This document shows, in pieces, positions 26,901 to 41,794 of a stretch of 64,000 nt of DNA. Positions within the stretch are counted from its first letter, which is position 1; every line of letters starts with the position of its first letter. The stretch is from the NCBI GenBank assembly GCA_028023455.1, contig JAQFVV010000010.1, positions 1,736,001 through 1,800,000 of the forward strand, given 5' to 3'. The translations under genes and the position numbers were made by a program. Source of the DNA: Epiperipatus broadwayi (lineage: Eukaryota > Animalia > Onychophora). The notes beneath the pieces are model-generated. The model was not told the origin of the DNA and searched no databases. It saw only the letters and a program-made list of their open reading frames with translations.

Positions 26901-27499
26901 ATTTTTTATTATTATTCTTGTTAATGTTGTTATTATTGTTGCATGGTATTAATTTAGTTTAATGTTTTTATTTAGTAGGTTGTCATAGATGGCTTTATTT
27001 TTGAAATTTTATTTGATCACACATCTGTATTTAATTTGTTATCTGTTATAGGTTAAGTTTTTGTGTTCTTTTATTTAATACATATTTTGAGTATGAATTA
27101 CCTTTTGCTTATTTTTATTTTATACACATCTACCAAAAAAAAAAAAAAAAATTGAATTATGTTTCAACAAGCAAAAAAATAATAATCATTAACATTGGAA
27201 CTTGATTTCATAAAACTGGAGCTAATAAAATATTACATTTATTAATAAATTTAGAGCAAGGAACATTTATTCAGTTTTAAAAATTTTTTTATTTTTATTT
27301 TATACACATTTTGAGCATGGATTATCTTTTATTTTGCTATATTTTTATATATTGCAAAATATATTATCTTCTTCATGTTGTTGAGAATTCAATAATAGAT
27401 GGTCATTTTATTTTTTATTAATTAGTTTTTCATTTTTTTAGCAATTAGTTTTTCTTTTTCTCAATGCTAAGACTGTGTAGATTCAGTCAAATGGGTAGT

Positions 27500-28110
27500 C
27501 CATAAATTATAGGAATGCTGATTAAAATAATGTTTAATGAATTATTTCCAAAGAAAAAAATAAGGATAGATAATCATGAATTAAAAGAAGTTAACAACTT
27601 CAAATATTTTGGCCAAATTTTTAATACAGATGGTAAATAAAACTAATCATAGAATTAAACTTGACTCAAGTTTGTTGGTAGAAATAATTTAGTATTAAAA
27701 GAAATATGACTATGTGTTTGAAAAGGAAGGTCTTTAATAGATTTGTTTTATTAAATTTTTTTATATGGATCTGAGATTTGGATATTTAAAAGAAGAGCAA
27801 TATGTTAAATGAAGTATAGAAATATGTGTTAAGGAAATTAAAATCAAATATGTGAGTTACAGAACATCACAGTATTAATAAAATTAAACAATGAAATGGA
27901 ATTGAACTGAACATATTTCTAGAAAAAATGATAATAGGTAGATAGTTGAATACTTAAACAGGCTCTTCAAAGATTGTAAAAAACCGAAATGAATGGATGA
28001 AATAAAAAAAGTTTGTTGGTGTGATATGGAGAGGAGAGGTTATTGATTGGAATAATTGAATTAAATTTGGAGAAATCTTAACCTGCAATGGATAAATAAT
28101 GTTTGAATAT
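27500..28110 (+). mobile_element. 3' fragment of a second RTE family (decayed)
   Basis: KIRIDNHELKEVNNFKYFGQ..LKRKVFN..YGSEIW is homologous to 42230-43345. It ends cctgcaatggata..gatgat. Confidence 0.75.
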
Positions 28111-28439
28111 GATGATAATTGCTATCAAAATTTTTTACTTACTATTAAGTTATTTAAAATTTTAATTTACCATCATAAATAGATAAAGAATAATTAATTT
28201 ATTTAAATTAAATCATTTTAAACATAGAAATTATATACTTTAATTTAAAACATTATATGGAAAAAAATATTTTTATTTTAAATTTTATTTTATCTACATA
28301 TTTCTACATATGTACTAATAAAAAATTTAAGATATATAAAATAATAAACAAAAACATTCTAAAAAAACAAATAGTTAAAATCGCAGGCAGTAATAAATCG
28401 ATTTTAAATCTTAGTTGTGGATTATCAAATAATAATAAT

Positions 28440-28740
28440 GATAATGAAGGTGGTGGAGGGGTTGGTGGAAATGGTGTGGTGATGGTCATGGTGTTCATGT
28501 GGGATGGTGAGGGAAGGGGGTAGTAGGGGATGGTGGGGAATGGTAGTGGTATGGTGGTGGTGGGGTGGATGCGGGGTGGGTGTGTGGGGGTCATGGATGG
28601 GTGTGGAGGTGGTGAGGTGGGGTGGGGGTGGAGGGGAGGGTGGTGGGCGTTGTGGGGGGGTGGGGTGGGGGAGGTTGGGGAGGGGGGTGGGGGAGGTTGG
28701 TGAGGGTGGGGTGGGGTGGGGGTGGTTGGGGAGGGTGGTT
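28440..28740 (+). repeat. G-rich (GGT/GGGGT) low-complexity tract
   Basis: About 300 bp with dozens of G3-G6 runs on the + strand, in an otherwise AT-rich context. Confidence 0.9.
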
Positions 28741-28759
28741 TCAACTTCTCCGATGAAAG

Positions 28760-31700
28760 ACTAAATTAGTTTTAATGATTTTTTCCAACAATATTACTAC
28801 ACATATATTTATCAGAAGATAGAACTACTAAAGTTTCAGGTAAGCTCATTCTGGTGTGAAAATATTAATTTGAAAAGTCCTTTTTTAAAAAAAATATCTT
28901 TCTTTAAAATGTCATAGAATCCTATTTTAATTACATAATCCTATTTTTCAAATTCAAAATGAAGCAAAAAGTATTCAAGAAAGCAATAATAGCTTTGTTA
29001 CTTTGAAAAAAAAGGCAGGAAAATTCCAGACAGTAGACAGACTGTCTTTAATAACAAACAATTCAGCAGATTTTCAAATTGAAAAAATGCTCTAGGTCAA
29101 AAATTAAAAGAAATATCAACAGGAAGAACATTAGCTATGTTCATATAGTTAAAAATAAATCACAAAGAGAAAAAGAAACATTACTCTAAATAAAGAGAAT
29201 ATTGATAATGATTTACAAATTGAAATTAATTAACATGATAAAATTTTAAAATTAACTATCGAAAACTATAATTTTATATGTCAAGATTTTAATGAATCAG
29301 TTCCTGTCAACATAATGGAAAAAAACCATCATTATTTTAATAACGGATATAAATATTAAAATCATGGAATTCCCTACAGAGGAATTTTATACTTTCCTAA
29401 CAGAATAAAAATTATGGGATTTAATTTACAAAAATACTAGAACATCCAAATAGCAGATATATGATCTTAGAATTCCACAATGCTACTCTCAAAAGCAGAT
29501 TTTTGCAAAGAATTCATATATTAATAATAAAGCCATTTGCTCCTTGATGTAAACAGAACAAACATTTTAGCAGAGCAATTTAAAAACTGCCATATCAATT
29601 TCACAACTCAAGACTTATAGGAATTACTCAACAAATATGGGAAATTTTCAAATTTTAAATATCTTCTAAAAAAAAGAGCAACTGTACCAGTGATTACTAA
29701 TACCACAATATTCAATCTAACTTTCAACAAAAATGTCCAGTTATCAATTGAAACATCACCCCTAATTATCTCATTCAAAGATATTTCACCACAATGCTTT
29801 TTCTGAAAATCAAGAACTCATTTGATTAAAGAATAGCCAGAATGTTTCTGTAGCCTATGTGGATTAAAAAATCATAGATTGCATCAGTTCTCTAGGGATA
29901 CTATATCAGAAATCAATTACAAGTCTTATTCAAAAACAATCTCAAGTGCTTGCAAAAACTTTCTCAGAAAAACCCCCACAAGATAACACATCACCTATGG
30001 AAAAAATGCTATATATAAACTGCAAACTTTCCCCATAAAAAGTAGCTCTCTTTCAGATCCAACATTATAGAGATTATAATCAATCAATCATTATCAACAC
30101 AGAAATGGATACCAGCACACAAACTATTTTTTTAAATATTTCTAATTGTTTCAGTGATGAAGATTTTATTTTGACTAAAAATAAGAAAATCAAACCTAAG
30201 CATCCAAAAAGATAAAACATTTGCATTAGATACTAATAGCCAGAATCCATCTATAATAATTGAACTTAACTCCATAACGAATGAAAGTGATCTATCCAAT
30301 TGTCCATCCCACTCAGGAAAAAAAAAATGTACAAAATTATTTGGGGACTCTGCTAATAATGAAGCTTCCATGCATTATTGGACTAGGAAAGGCAAAGGTG
30401 ATAAATCTCAATTAACCCAAGAACAAATAACCTTAATGGCAGGAATTGATACAAAAGGTCATCAAAGTTAAAAACAAATCAAAACCTTCCAATAGACTTA
30501 ACTATTTCAAAAAAATATATAACAAACAATACCTCAAAATCCTGCAATAAAAATGAACTCTCACCTAGACCATACCCCAATTAATATTATCATCTAACTG
30601 ATAGAACACATATTTAAAAAAAACTCTCTCAATTAAAGGACTTTCAAAATGGAAATGGATTTCTTTCCAAGAATAATTCTGGAAAAGAGTTCTATTGATT
30701 TATATTTTTTTAATTTATAATTATCTATCTTTATAATCTATATAACCAACCCTATTTACTATAAATTCCACCTAATTTACACACACACAAACTTTCTATA
30801 TGTTGCTCAACATCACATAAATAAATATGAGGTATTAACTCCCCACAACATTTTTTTGCAATTAGTAATTGGTTTAATAAATTTTCATGTCACATTCTAT
30901 TATTTACTGAAACAAAACATACCCTCAATAGCTACACAGAGCCTCAAAGATATCTAAGTAAATATGGTTTTCTTAGACTTTACCATTCCATTACTGCTGA
31001 TGCAGAAGTGGGAATATTAATACATCAGAAATCTCCCTATCAATATTTTAAAATTTTATGTCTTAATGAAAACATGAATATTATCACTCTATACCAGCTT
31101 TATAATCAACATTATAACTGTTTGCTTATACAATAAAACTGAATTAATACTATGATTAATTAACCATATCAATCTAATTTTATCTACTAACCCCACCCAA
31201 CCATACTTTTAAAAGACTTTAACATATCTTATAATGATTTTGTTTCCAAATATCTGCACCTGATCAATAAAAACTTAATGAGTGCTGAGGGATTTTTTTC
31301 TAAAAATTCTATTTCCTTTTATCCTTTTACACCAAAAAGCAATTTTCCTTAATTGACTTATTGTTCTATTCCCCCCATCTTCATTTCATTATCAAACCAA
31401 CTCTTATACTTGCTACTTTTTCTGATATTTTAGCCCTAAATGTCAATATAGATATTATTTTCCAGTTCCATCCAACCCTTCAATTTAATAATACAATCAG
31501 ATTGCTATTAAAGTCCTCAACACCATAGGCAATATTATCTGAAAAATACATTTACTTTAGGAAAATAAACATATCACTAAATGCAGTAGATGCTTGGATC
31601 TTCTTTATAAACATCATTTCCTTTGTCATCAATTTTTACACCAAAAAAATGAACAAGTGTCCTACCTCTCTAGTAAAAGAATTAGAACAATTATAAGCAA

Positions 31701-34570
31701 GCATAAGAAATGATGATCATGTGATGTTTATTGGCTTAAAAGAATTAGACTCCATAAAAAATTAAAAAGTACTCCCTGTAATAAAAACTATATTTCCTTT
31801 ATCCTCACACTTAAACAACAATATAAAAAAAACTAAACTTACATTAGAACAATACCTGTCTATTAAAAAATCAAAAATCTTTTATCACAGCTTCATAATT
31901 TTTTACAGAAGTAAAAAAATAACTCCATCTCTTATAAGGAATACCCAACTAGTTGGAGAAGATGTGCTTCCTCACATTTTCTTTTCACTTTAAAGAGAAA
32001 TTACAATCTAATAAAAAAATTTAATTACTCCTTTTCTATTTTGACACAATGATGCCAACCACTCGATCCTAAAACATGAAATAGCTCTTAAATTAAATTC
32101 AATAACTGAAAGTGCACATCCTCATCCACATGCTATCCCCATATTTATATTGACACACCTCAGTCACTTCACCATTTCTATAATATATAATCTTCTAAAC
32201 CACTTTTCCACACAACTTTATATTATTGATCAATTATAGCCTGAATTCATAGTTCCCTTCCTTAAACAAAACACTATTCCCTTTCTCTAAACAATTTATA
32301 ATCCATCTGACACCAATCTTAATCAAAATGATTGAATTACTTATAAAAGATAAGATACAGTCTATACTCCTGATCTCAATATCACCATTCCAATTTACCA
32401 AACAAGGATCTTCAACTTCTGAAGCAGTTATGCTTTTCAAAATTTATTGTAGATCAGATAAGAACCTCCAGAAAGGCTGGGAATATTGATGCTGCCTTTG
32501 ACTTGGTACCAATAAATAAATTATTACAGCTTTTAAAAATACTCAATATTACAATTCCCCTCCTATACATTATTGCAAACTTAACTACAAACAGACAAAA
32601 TTTCATTACACTAAATGTAAGACACCCCCTAACTTTAACCCTACAACTCAATACCGCAAGGCTCACCTCTTAGTGCACTATTTTTTATTACTTATATTAA
32701 CCCTCTTTTAATGGACATTGAAAACAAACTTACAGGGATTCAAATTAACACCATAAAAAATTTATCAAACATATCTGTTACATGGATGATATTGTCATCT
32801 TCCTACTTTCAAAAAAATATATGCCTCAACTAGTAAACATACTTAAAGGCTATACTAAAGAATATTCTTTACAATTTAACAAATCCAAATCATTATTCTG
32901 GATCATCTTGACAAGAAATAAAATTGACTCCCCTTTTACAGCAAAACCACATAATTTTCTTGGTTTTCCCACCCATCTTTCCACAAATACTATGAGAACC
33001 ACAATCCAGAACAATCTTCCTACCTCAATAGAATCCACTTTCAATTCTTTATCCAAAGCTTATCTTTTAATTTATGCTAAAATATCTCTCATTAATATCT
33101 TAATATCAGTTCAATAATAAAATACACAACTTCATATGTTTAATTTAATAAGAATGACGTATCGTAAATTCTAGAAATTTCACAAGCATCATTCATTCAC
33201 ATAGTAAAAAAGTAATTTAAAGTGATCAATTAACAACTTCATGCTCTCATTTTCAAACACTTAAGATTTGCCCATACATATATGTTTGGGTCAGAAAGAT
33301 AGATGGATTCATTCTATCTTTTCCCAAAGACTTTATCTTGTGTTTGAAAAAGTGGGAGTATTCATTTATATAGTGACAATACTAGAAAGCACATGTGCAT
33401 TAGCTTGTTGGCTTATTGGTATTACAACTTCATTTAGTAAAAAAAAATCAATTCACTATGCACAAAACTTATATAGGAAAAAAAAACTACATCAATAAGC
33501 ATTACAAATATACAAAAACATGCAAAATTGAATGGCCTTTCACTACACAATATCATAACTTTTTATTACCAAAGGGCAATTTATGAAATTAATAGAATAA
33601 TCAATTTCTACCCTGATGCCCAACTATTTATCCAAATTTCCCCTGCTGATACACCACCATCTAATAAATATAATCTTATTGATAAAATACTAAATATGAT
33701 ATTAAATTATGTTCCTCTAACCCATGAAATTTTTGTCAACAAAATCAATTATTGCAAACTTATCATTTTATGAATAAAACAGAATACATTAACATACCTA
33801 ATACCATCCTCACTTTTACCAATGAACAAATAATACAAAAGTTTAAACATTGACACCTGGAACCAAAGTATTTTGACTTCCTAATAAAAATCAATCTAGA
33901 AGCTTAACCCACTAACACATTCATTGCAAAAAGATGCCATTTGTAAATTTTAATGCTTGTTATTCTCAATGGCATAAAGAGAAAGAAATTCTGAATCATT
34001 TTCTGCTACAATGCCCTGCATTAAACACATACAAAAATCTTATTTTATCTATAACCAAAACTCACAATTTATCTCTAGCAATACTGATATATGATATATG
34101 TAGAGACCTTTTCATAAACATTAGAATTACCACTTTTCTAATTTTTACTCTCTGGTTTCTGAGATGTTATTTTTGATTCAGTTCAACATCTCTGAAATAT
34201 AACTCTCTTAATTCTTAATAAACTAGAAAAAATAAAAATCAAAGACCATGCCCTAACCCATGCAGACATTTATGCAGCTATCTGGAATCTGGTTTCTCTG
34301 CCTGCAATGCCATCACTTACTCTTTTTTTTTCATAGCACTATATGTATAAATTGATTTTCCTTTTAAATAGCATATACTGATACTTATTTTACATTTTTA
34401 GCACAATATATTGAGTTATTTTTATATGCACTTACTGTAACAAAATTTGATTTTTATGGAAATGGAATTAAGTGTAGATAATTAAAAAAAAAGGCCTGTA
34501 TATTATTTAATTTACATGTAGATCAATTGTGTAAATAGCATTGTGTAACAATAACGTTTTTGCTTAAATA
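28760..34570 (+). mobile_element. L1/Tx1-clade LINE, copy 2 (near full length, decayed)
   Basis: ORF1 has decayed twin knuckles (~29795-29890). ORF2 motifs: NMRGIN-like, DFN, LMSAEGF, QGSPLSALFF, CYMDDIVIF, EPKYFDFLIKINL and ILNHFLLQC. The 3' UTR motif is shared with copy 1. Confidence 0.88.
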
Positions 34571-34689
34571 AAATGAATTTTAAAAGTAGTAATAATAGTA
34601 GTAGCAGCAGTAGTAATTATTACATATATATATAATGTTTACTTTTGTTTGTTTAATTATTATTATTATAAGTATGCAACTTTTTTTTT

Positions 34690-35170
<481 letters not shown>

Positions 35171-36924
35171 TATTAAAGTAGTCATTAAAAAAATTAAAGA
35201 ATGAATAAAATTTATTTAATTAAGGGATTGAACAGTTTGTTCATAATGGCTTTTTAAAGATTTGATTTTTAAAGTTATATATTTAAATGAGTCTTTTTTT
35301 GTAAATGTTATAAGATTATGTAATGAAACATAGGTATGTATAATATGAATAATTAATGTAAATATGATATTCTGTATCAAAAATGAATAATATTTTTATT
35401 TTATTTTATTTTTTTCATTAGAAAACCCTTATCAATATGTAATGACTGAAAAAGTGGCAAATTGTAGTTTTGATTCTGATAAAATAATTTCTTCAGAAAA
35501 AAAAAAGTGGTGAATGTTTATAGAATTATTAGAATATTTGAATATATTTTGGATCAAATTTTTTGAAAAAGAAATAATATTAATGTATACGATGAGAGAT
35601 ACTATTTTTAAACTACTATACTTTTAGGAAATTTTTCAAGAAATTATTTCAACTGAATTAAAATGGATGCATTTTTATATTTATACATTGCACTGTATTT
35701 TGAGCATTTTTAAATAGATAAGTATTATGTTTATTAGTTGCAAATAAATCAGCAGTATTTTTGCAGTACTTTCTAGTAGCACTATTATATCTTCAATTCT
35801 CTTGCAGTTACCTTTAGCATTCATTTATTGATTTGCATTTTTTGATGGCAGGAACTAATGCTAAAATTTTTCATTTATTACTTTTAAAACATCTGAAAAT
35901 ATCAATATTATACAATGAACTTGATACACATAACTTGACAACAGCACTGATTGATAGAATTTGGTGGTAAGACAATTGCAAACATTTTTATATTACTTCA
36001 GAAAAAAAAAAGAAGATATTTTTTGTATTTTATTTACATATTTTTGATTATTTTTTTAAAAATATTATAGAAATATTTATTTTAAGATAAAGATATTTAT
36101 GATTAAACTCATATTTTATTTTAAAATGTTTGATTTGAAACAAAACAGATCAAGAGAATTTTAAAAATGTTAAAGAGTTATGATTAGCTAAAGAAGAAAT
36201 GGCTGTATTATGATTATAGAAGTTTTATTTTTGTGATATTTTAATAATTGTAAATGGAATTTTAAATTTAAAAAAAGCTGTTTTTGGTCATTTTATGATG
36301 GCTTAACAATAATTCATTTAGATTTTAGAAATAGAGTTCAAAAGATAATTATTTCATTAAAGCAAATTTTTACCAGCGATGGCAAAATGATTAAACACTA
36401 TTGTTCTGATTATGTATTTTAGTTTACAATTTTTTTTCTGTTTGCATAGTTGAAATATTTCTTTTAATAATATTTTGCATTTGTAAACTTAAGGAAAATA
36501 TTAAATCCAGTTCATACTGTGCTAAATTTTTATAAATTTTATAATAAATTACAAATATAAAACATACATATTAAATAATTACATATACAATAAAATTGCC
36601 TTTGTTATTTACTATAAAAATTGATGTTAATGTATAACGGATTTTATATTTTAGTCATAATTTAATCATTCACATTTCCATTACAGTATAATACCCTCAT
36701 GCATGCAACAAAATCATGTTGGACATAACAGAAATATAATATCTACTTGTGAATTTTATGTTTATTATATGTTATTTATATATTTGCTGTGAAAATTTAT
36801 TATGTACAAAGTCTAATGCAGGAATGACTATAAACCAACAAAATATATTGCTTCCAATTGTTCTATTGCTGCTTGAGTTAAATAAATCTCCCAGAGCTAC
36901 AATATTTTTTTAATTTAACTGTTT

Positions 36925-37405
36925 AATCAGTGGCAAACTCTCCATATGGTAGTGCCACCCAGTGCAAGCCATATTAATCAATGGATGTAAAAATGTTTGT
37001 GCATAAAATCCCTATCTAGTGACGATCCTCAGACTAGTTTCTAGCTTGTGGTTTTCATCAGTGATGAGCCTTGGATCTGAAAAAACTGCACCTAGATTTT
37101 AAGATTTAGTGCAGCTCTCCAGCAGCCATCTTTTATCTTTTAGTTAACTATAAAGCTATGAGTCCAAGATGAAAACATATGTTTTCAATCCAAGCTCATT
37201 CACTTGTATAGTCATATATAACTGAACCCAGTTCAATATTTCTATATTTTGGAGTCTTTGGTTCTTTAATAATAATAGTACTATCATCCCATGGGCAGGA
37301 ATGGTATTAAACCACTAAAAATCACACGATCATGGCACTATTATATGGAGAGTTTGTCATTGTTTTAACAGCTTGTGAATGCACAGGAAATGATAATTAT
37401 GTGAT
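36925..37405. mobile_element. Hammerhead fold-back element, family A (one monomer plus a short inverted end)
   Basis: Homologous to 55272-55735, with an inverted end at ~37333-37405. The hammerhead core is intact on the minus strand at 37025-37066 but stem II is broken. The TSD is degenerate (taatttaactgttta / taattaattgttta). Confidence 0.8.
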
Positions 37406-40400
37406 AATTAATTGTTTATTGATATAAAGAAAAAAACAAAATAACATTGTTATCTGTCTATACATTTTGTTTACAAATAAATGCAGAACAAAAAATATTA
37501 AGACTTAAATTTTATTGCATTCTTTAGAAGAAGGTCAAAATAAAATACTGTTTTACAAACTGTATTAAAATTTAATATAAAATAACAGATTTTTTTTTCT
37601 AAGTTTAGATTGATATTACAACAAATAGTTATATTGAATAATCTATTATAATCACATTACATAACAATTATAAAAATACTATGAGACAAAGAATATAAAA
37701 ATTTAATAACTGCCTAATTAATATTTAAAAACAGAGAAAAAAATACTATACTGAAATTAGAGTACATACATAATGTTTTGAGTTTTACCATCTATTAGCA
37801 GACTCTGTGGTGATTTATCTTTTATTTTGAATTTTAAAAAATTAAACCATCTTTTCTATTACTTTAACAATTATTTTGATTGACCAGTAATCTTTTTCAG
37901 AGATCTTATAATTCTTTTCTAACTAATACCAATATCCACTCCTCCTTAATTCTTCAGTTAGGTAAAAATTATAAATTCTTTGGAGAAGATTACTGGTTAG
38001 TCAAAATTGTCAGATTGATTAATTTGAATAAAATAAGCATTGTAAAAGCAATAGGAAAGGTAGTTTGGTTTAATTTTCATAATTTTATCAAAGCATAAAG
38101 AAGGATATTGTACCGGTTGGTTTTGCCTGTTCATATAACAAGATCTAGCATCTAGGAAAAAGTACCTTGAATCCAATCATGCACAAGATACATAAGTCAG
38201 GAACACTCATGATCTCTGCCCTATTTGTCTATTTTCCAGATCTATCAACTTATGAGCAACAATACCGATGATACCGATCTAATTTTATCTCTCTCCGCCG
38301 GCATCGCAAAGCGGAGACACAAAAAGTCTCTAATTTAAATTTATATAATGGAATATTTTAGCATGAACTACAAGTTTGACTCATTTAAAAGTTGTGACCT
38401 TTCATATTAATTATATCTCTAAGATTAGCAGGAGATCGTCTATTCAGAGCGAGCATAATTAAATAACTAAGATATTAATATTTGAATAAAAGAAAACAAT
38501 GATTCCATAAGTTTATAATATATATATAAGGATTTATAACTTTAAAGAAATATGAATGAATACTCGTTACATTATTTTATTAATCATTGGTCTCTTAACG
38601 TAAATTTATATTGAAATATATTTAGACGGTAACAGATAAATCATATTACATTTTATTTATAACTTAGAGGATGACAGGTTTGATTTATTATTGCAGCTCA
38701 TATGCCAATAATAAATAAATATAATAATGGACAATTGATTTAGTGCTATTAGGAAATGTATTCTTGAGATGCCAATCCACTCCCAGAAGGAACAAAATAT
38801 AGCATTTAACCGATTTAGCTTACAAGTATTATTTAGGATTGAAACATTAATTTTATTACAAAATTACATTTGATTAATAGGTAAAAGTATTTCAATTTTA
38901 CTGAGTGAGAAAATGTGTGTGGGATAGCTTGTTGTATATATAATGCAGTCATCAAAGATGCACATCTGAAAATATTAATGAATATAATAAATAGCTCTGG
39001 TTAGTAGAGTCACAACATTACGGCTTATGGATATTCATAGGTTTTATCTAGAAATATAACAGGAAGGTGGTGCATGCATGGCGGCATATTTATGTGATCC
39101 AGTCACAGATCTTTGCAGGTGCTTCTGAGAATTCATTGAAGAAATAGACTGATATATGTCTGCAAACGGCAGAATTGGTTCACGAACGAAGAGCGTTTGG
39201 CTGTGCATTTACTGGGCTGGATTTTTCCCAGAGCAATCCCCATATAAAGCCAGCTCATATGACCAAATAAGTCCCCAGAAGGGTTAAGAGCCTGGTTCTT
39301 GGACTTGGAGATATGAGACGGGGTTCAGCTTTCTGATACGCCCAGGTAGAGAGAAGTACAAATATATATATAAACGAACAATGAGGCCTATATGCAAGCA
39401 ATGCTTGGAATAATGAATATAACTTTAAAGGATATTTAATTAATTAATGCCCACACATTATGGAATATCTTGTGTAATGGTATGATTTAATTACTAATTA
39501 GAAGTGGATCATTTAAACTTATTAAAATACATAATTCATTGATATAAAGATTCCCGTTCCCCTTATTTCAATTTATTTATAAACTTCCCATACTGTTAAA
39601 TAAGTATAAAAATTCAGTTATAAATGCAGTCATTAAATTAAATATAATTATACATATACAAATGGGATGGTGGTGATGAATTGGAGAATAAATAGATTTT
39701 ACTTTCACATAATAAATTGGAATGTTTAGGATTAGCGCATTATTATTTAAAAATAAAGAAAAACATTTCTTAGAAAAACAGATTTCTGCTCTGTTTTTCT
39801 ACAATAACCTTATGGGCTAATTACTTTGTTTTTCCCAAATTCGTGAGCATTTGCTAAGATAAAATAAGACTTGTTTTTAATTAAACTTAATCTAATCATC
39901 CCATAAAATAGGGAAGGAAAAATAAAAGAGAAGTTTCATACTAGCGAATTTAAGGGATTATTGGCATATTTCAAAAATACAAATATATAAAATACGATAA
40001 TAAAAGTTAAAAGATTATTGCCGCATGAAAGTGAAAGAAAACAGATTTAATAGAGGCTCAATGATAAAAGGAAATTAAAGTTATATAGAATTATGAACAA
40101 ACTAGAGGTAAGTAAATTATAAATCATTTTACATAATATTAATTATCTAATAGAATGTCAGGGTTATTATTACAGAAGGCTGAGTTTAAGAGATTTATAC
40201 ATTAGGCAGTGGCTAAAGTTCTTTTTACCTTGATAAATATAGTGGTGGTCCTTGATGCTTTAGTGTCCATTGGTATTGATGAACTAGATCTAGATTTTGG
40301 GGTCAGTCAAGTAGGTAGCATTTACTTTTTCAGTCTCTAAGCATTTTAAAAGTTCATGGGTATGGGATCCAGAGTTATGATTGTGGGAAAGAGCATGTTT

Positions 40401-41393
40401 GAATGGAGAGAAAGGTGAATTTTCCTCTATTCACTACACATTGTATTAATAAAACCATGAGCATGGATTAGATCTGCCATTGCTAGATTGTGCTCCCCTT
40501 TTTGGATTCAAATCTAGCAGTATTTATACTCTTTTTTTTGATGATATTGGAAAGCACTTAGCTGCTAGATTTGAGGCACTTTGTGCACTTAGTAGATCTA
40601 GAATCTGCTGACTGGATGCATCTTCTGCTTTAGTAAGTTTTGAAAACAATGCAATCCTGTTACAAATTTCTCGAACGATTGTTTTAAAATAGTCTTATGT
40701 TTTTAAAACAAATTTGAAGTGGATAAAATTTCCACTAATGGATTCTTACTTTACTGTTATAAATTATAACATTTTAATTTGGACTAATGGTTTCCGGTTA
40801 ATTGTCTTAATTGCATTCGAAAAACTTCTTGGAAGAATTGCATCATTTTCTGACCACCATGATTAAAATAAATAAATTATATATAATTTTAAAATATACA
40901 TTAATAATATATTTTTTTATTTGAAATTATGTTTTTAAAAGTAATCTCCCTTCACCAATAATATGTACATATCCATTACACATGTATACAAATTAAAATA
41001 ATATTAAATATTTGTTTACTAAAATTATTTACATTAAGATATCTATATATCTATGTCAGTTATTTTAATAGTTAAGCAAGGATAAAAAATATGTATTAGT
41101 AAATATGTATGTGTGTGTAAGGATGGAGTTTAAATATGGTTTGGTGGTGGGAGATTCTGAGTGGGCTGTGAAGCTTGATCTGATTATCAGGTTGACTGCT
41201 TCAATATTTTGAATTTATTTAATTTGTATAAAAAACATGGAGTTCTAATTTTATAGATATTAAATTAAAGACAAAATTATATTGAATAAATTAAAGTATG
41301 TAAATCAAAAAAGTAGAAATTCTAATAGAAAGAGACTTTTATTTGTGCTATATATTAAGCAGATTTAAAAAGAAGTATCTAGATCAGTTAGGA

Positions 41394-41794
41394 CAGGGGT
41401 TCCCAACCTTTTTGCACTTAAGAGCACATTCTGTAACACAGCCAGGTGGCGAGAATCATTTATTTTTTTCAACCAGATAGCAGGTACCATTTATTTTTTC
41501 AATGTAAATTTATAGTTGGATATTGTTAATAATACACATAATGTACAAAAAAAATATTTATTTCAAAAATAAAATTTTAACATATAATTAATGTTTATAT
41601 TTTTATGCTGTAAAAGTATATAGTATGCCCTACAATTTGATTACAATATAATACAATAATTTATAAGAAATTTTAAAAATTAAATTTATTTGTATCAGAT
41701 AAATAATTTTTTATCATGTTCAGATAGCAGCGGGCACACATAGAATGGTCTACGGGTGCCATGGTGCCTGCGGGCATAGAGTTGCTGACCCCTG
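41394..41794. mobile_element. hAT (Charlie-like) MITE, 401 bp
   Basis: TIRs are caggggttcccaacc and agttgctgacccctg. The 8-bp TSD is agttagga / agtttgga (7/8), with central TA on the left copy. Confidence 0.85.

Noticed and set aside
28257-28764. Pro/His- and Gly/Trp-rich ORFs
   Set aside because: Artefacts of the G-rich tract.
35400-36500. Very decayed hAT-like transposase
   Set aside because: Only 3-4-residue motif echoes across broken frames; not supportable.
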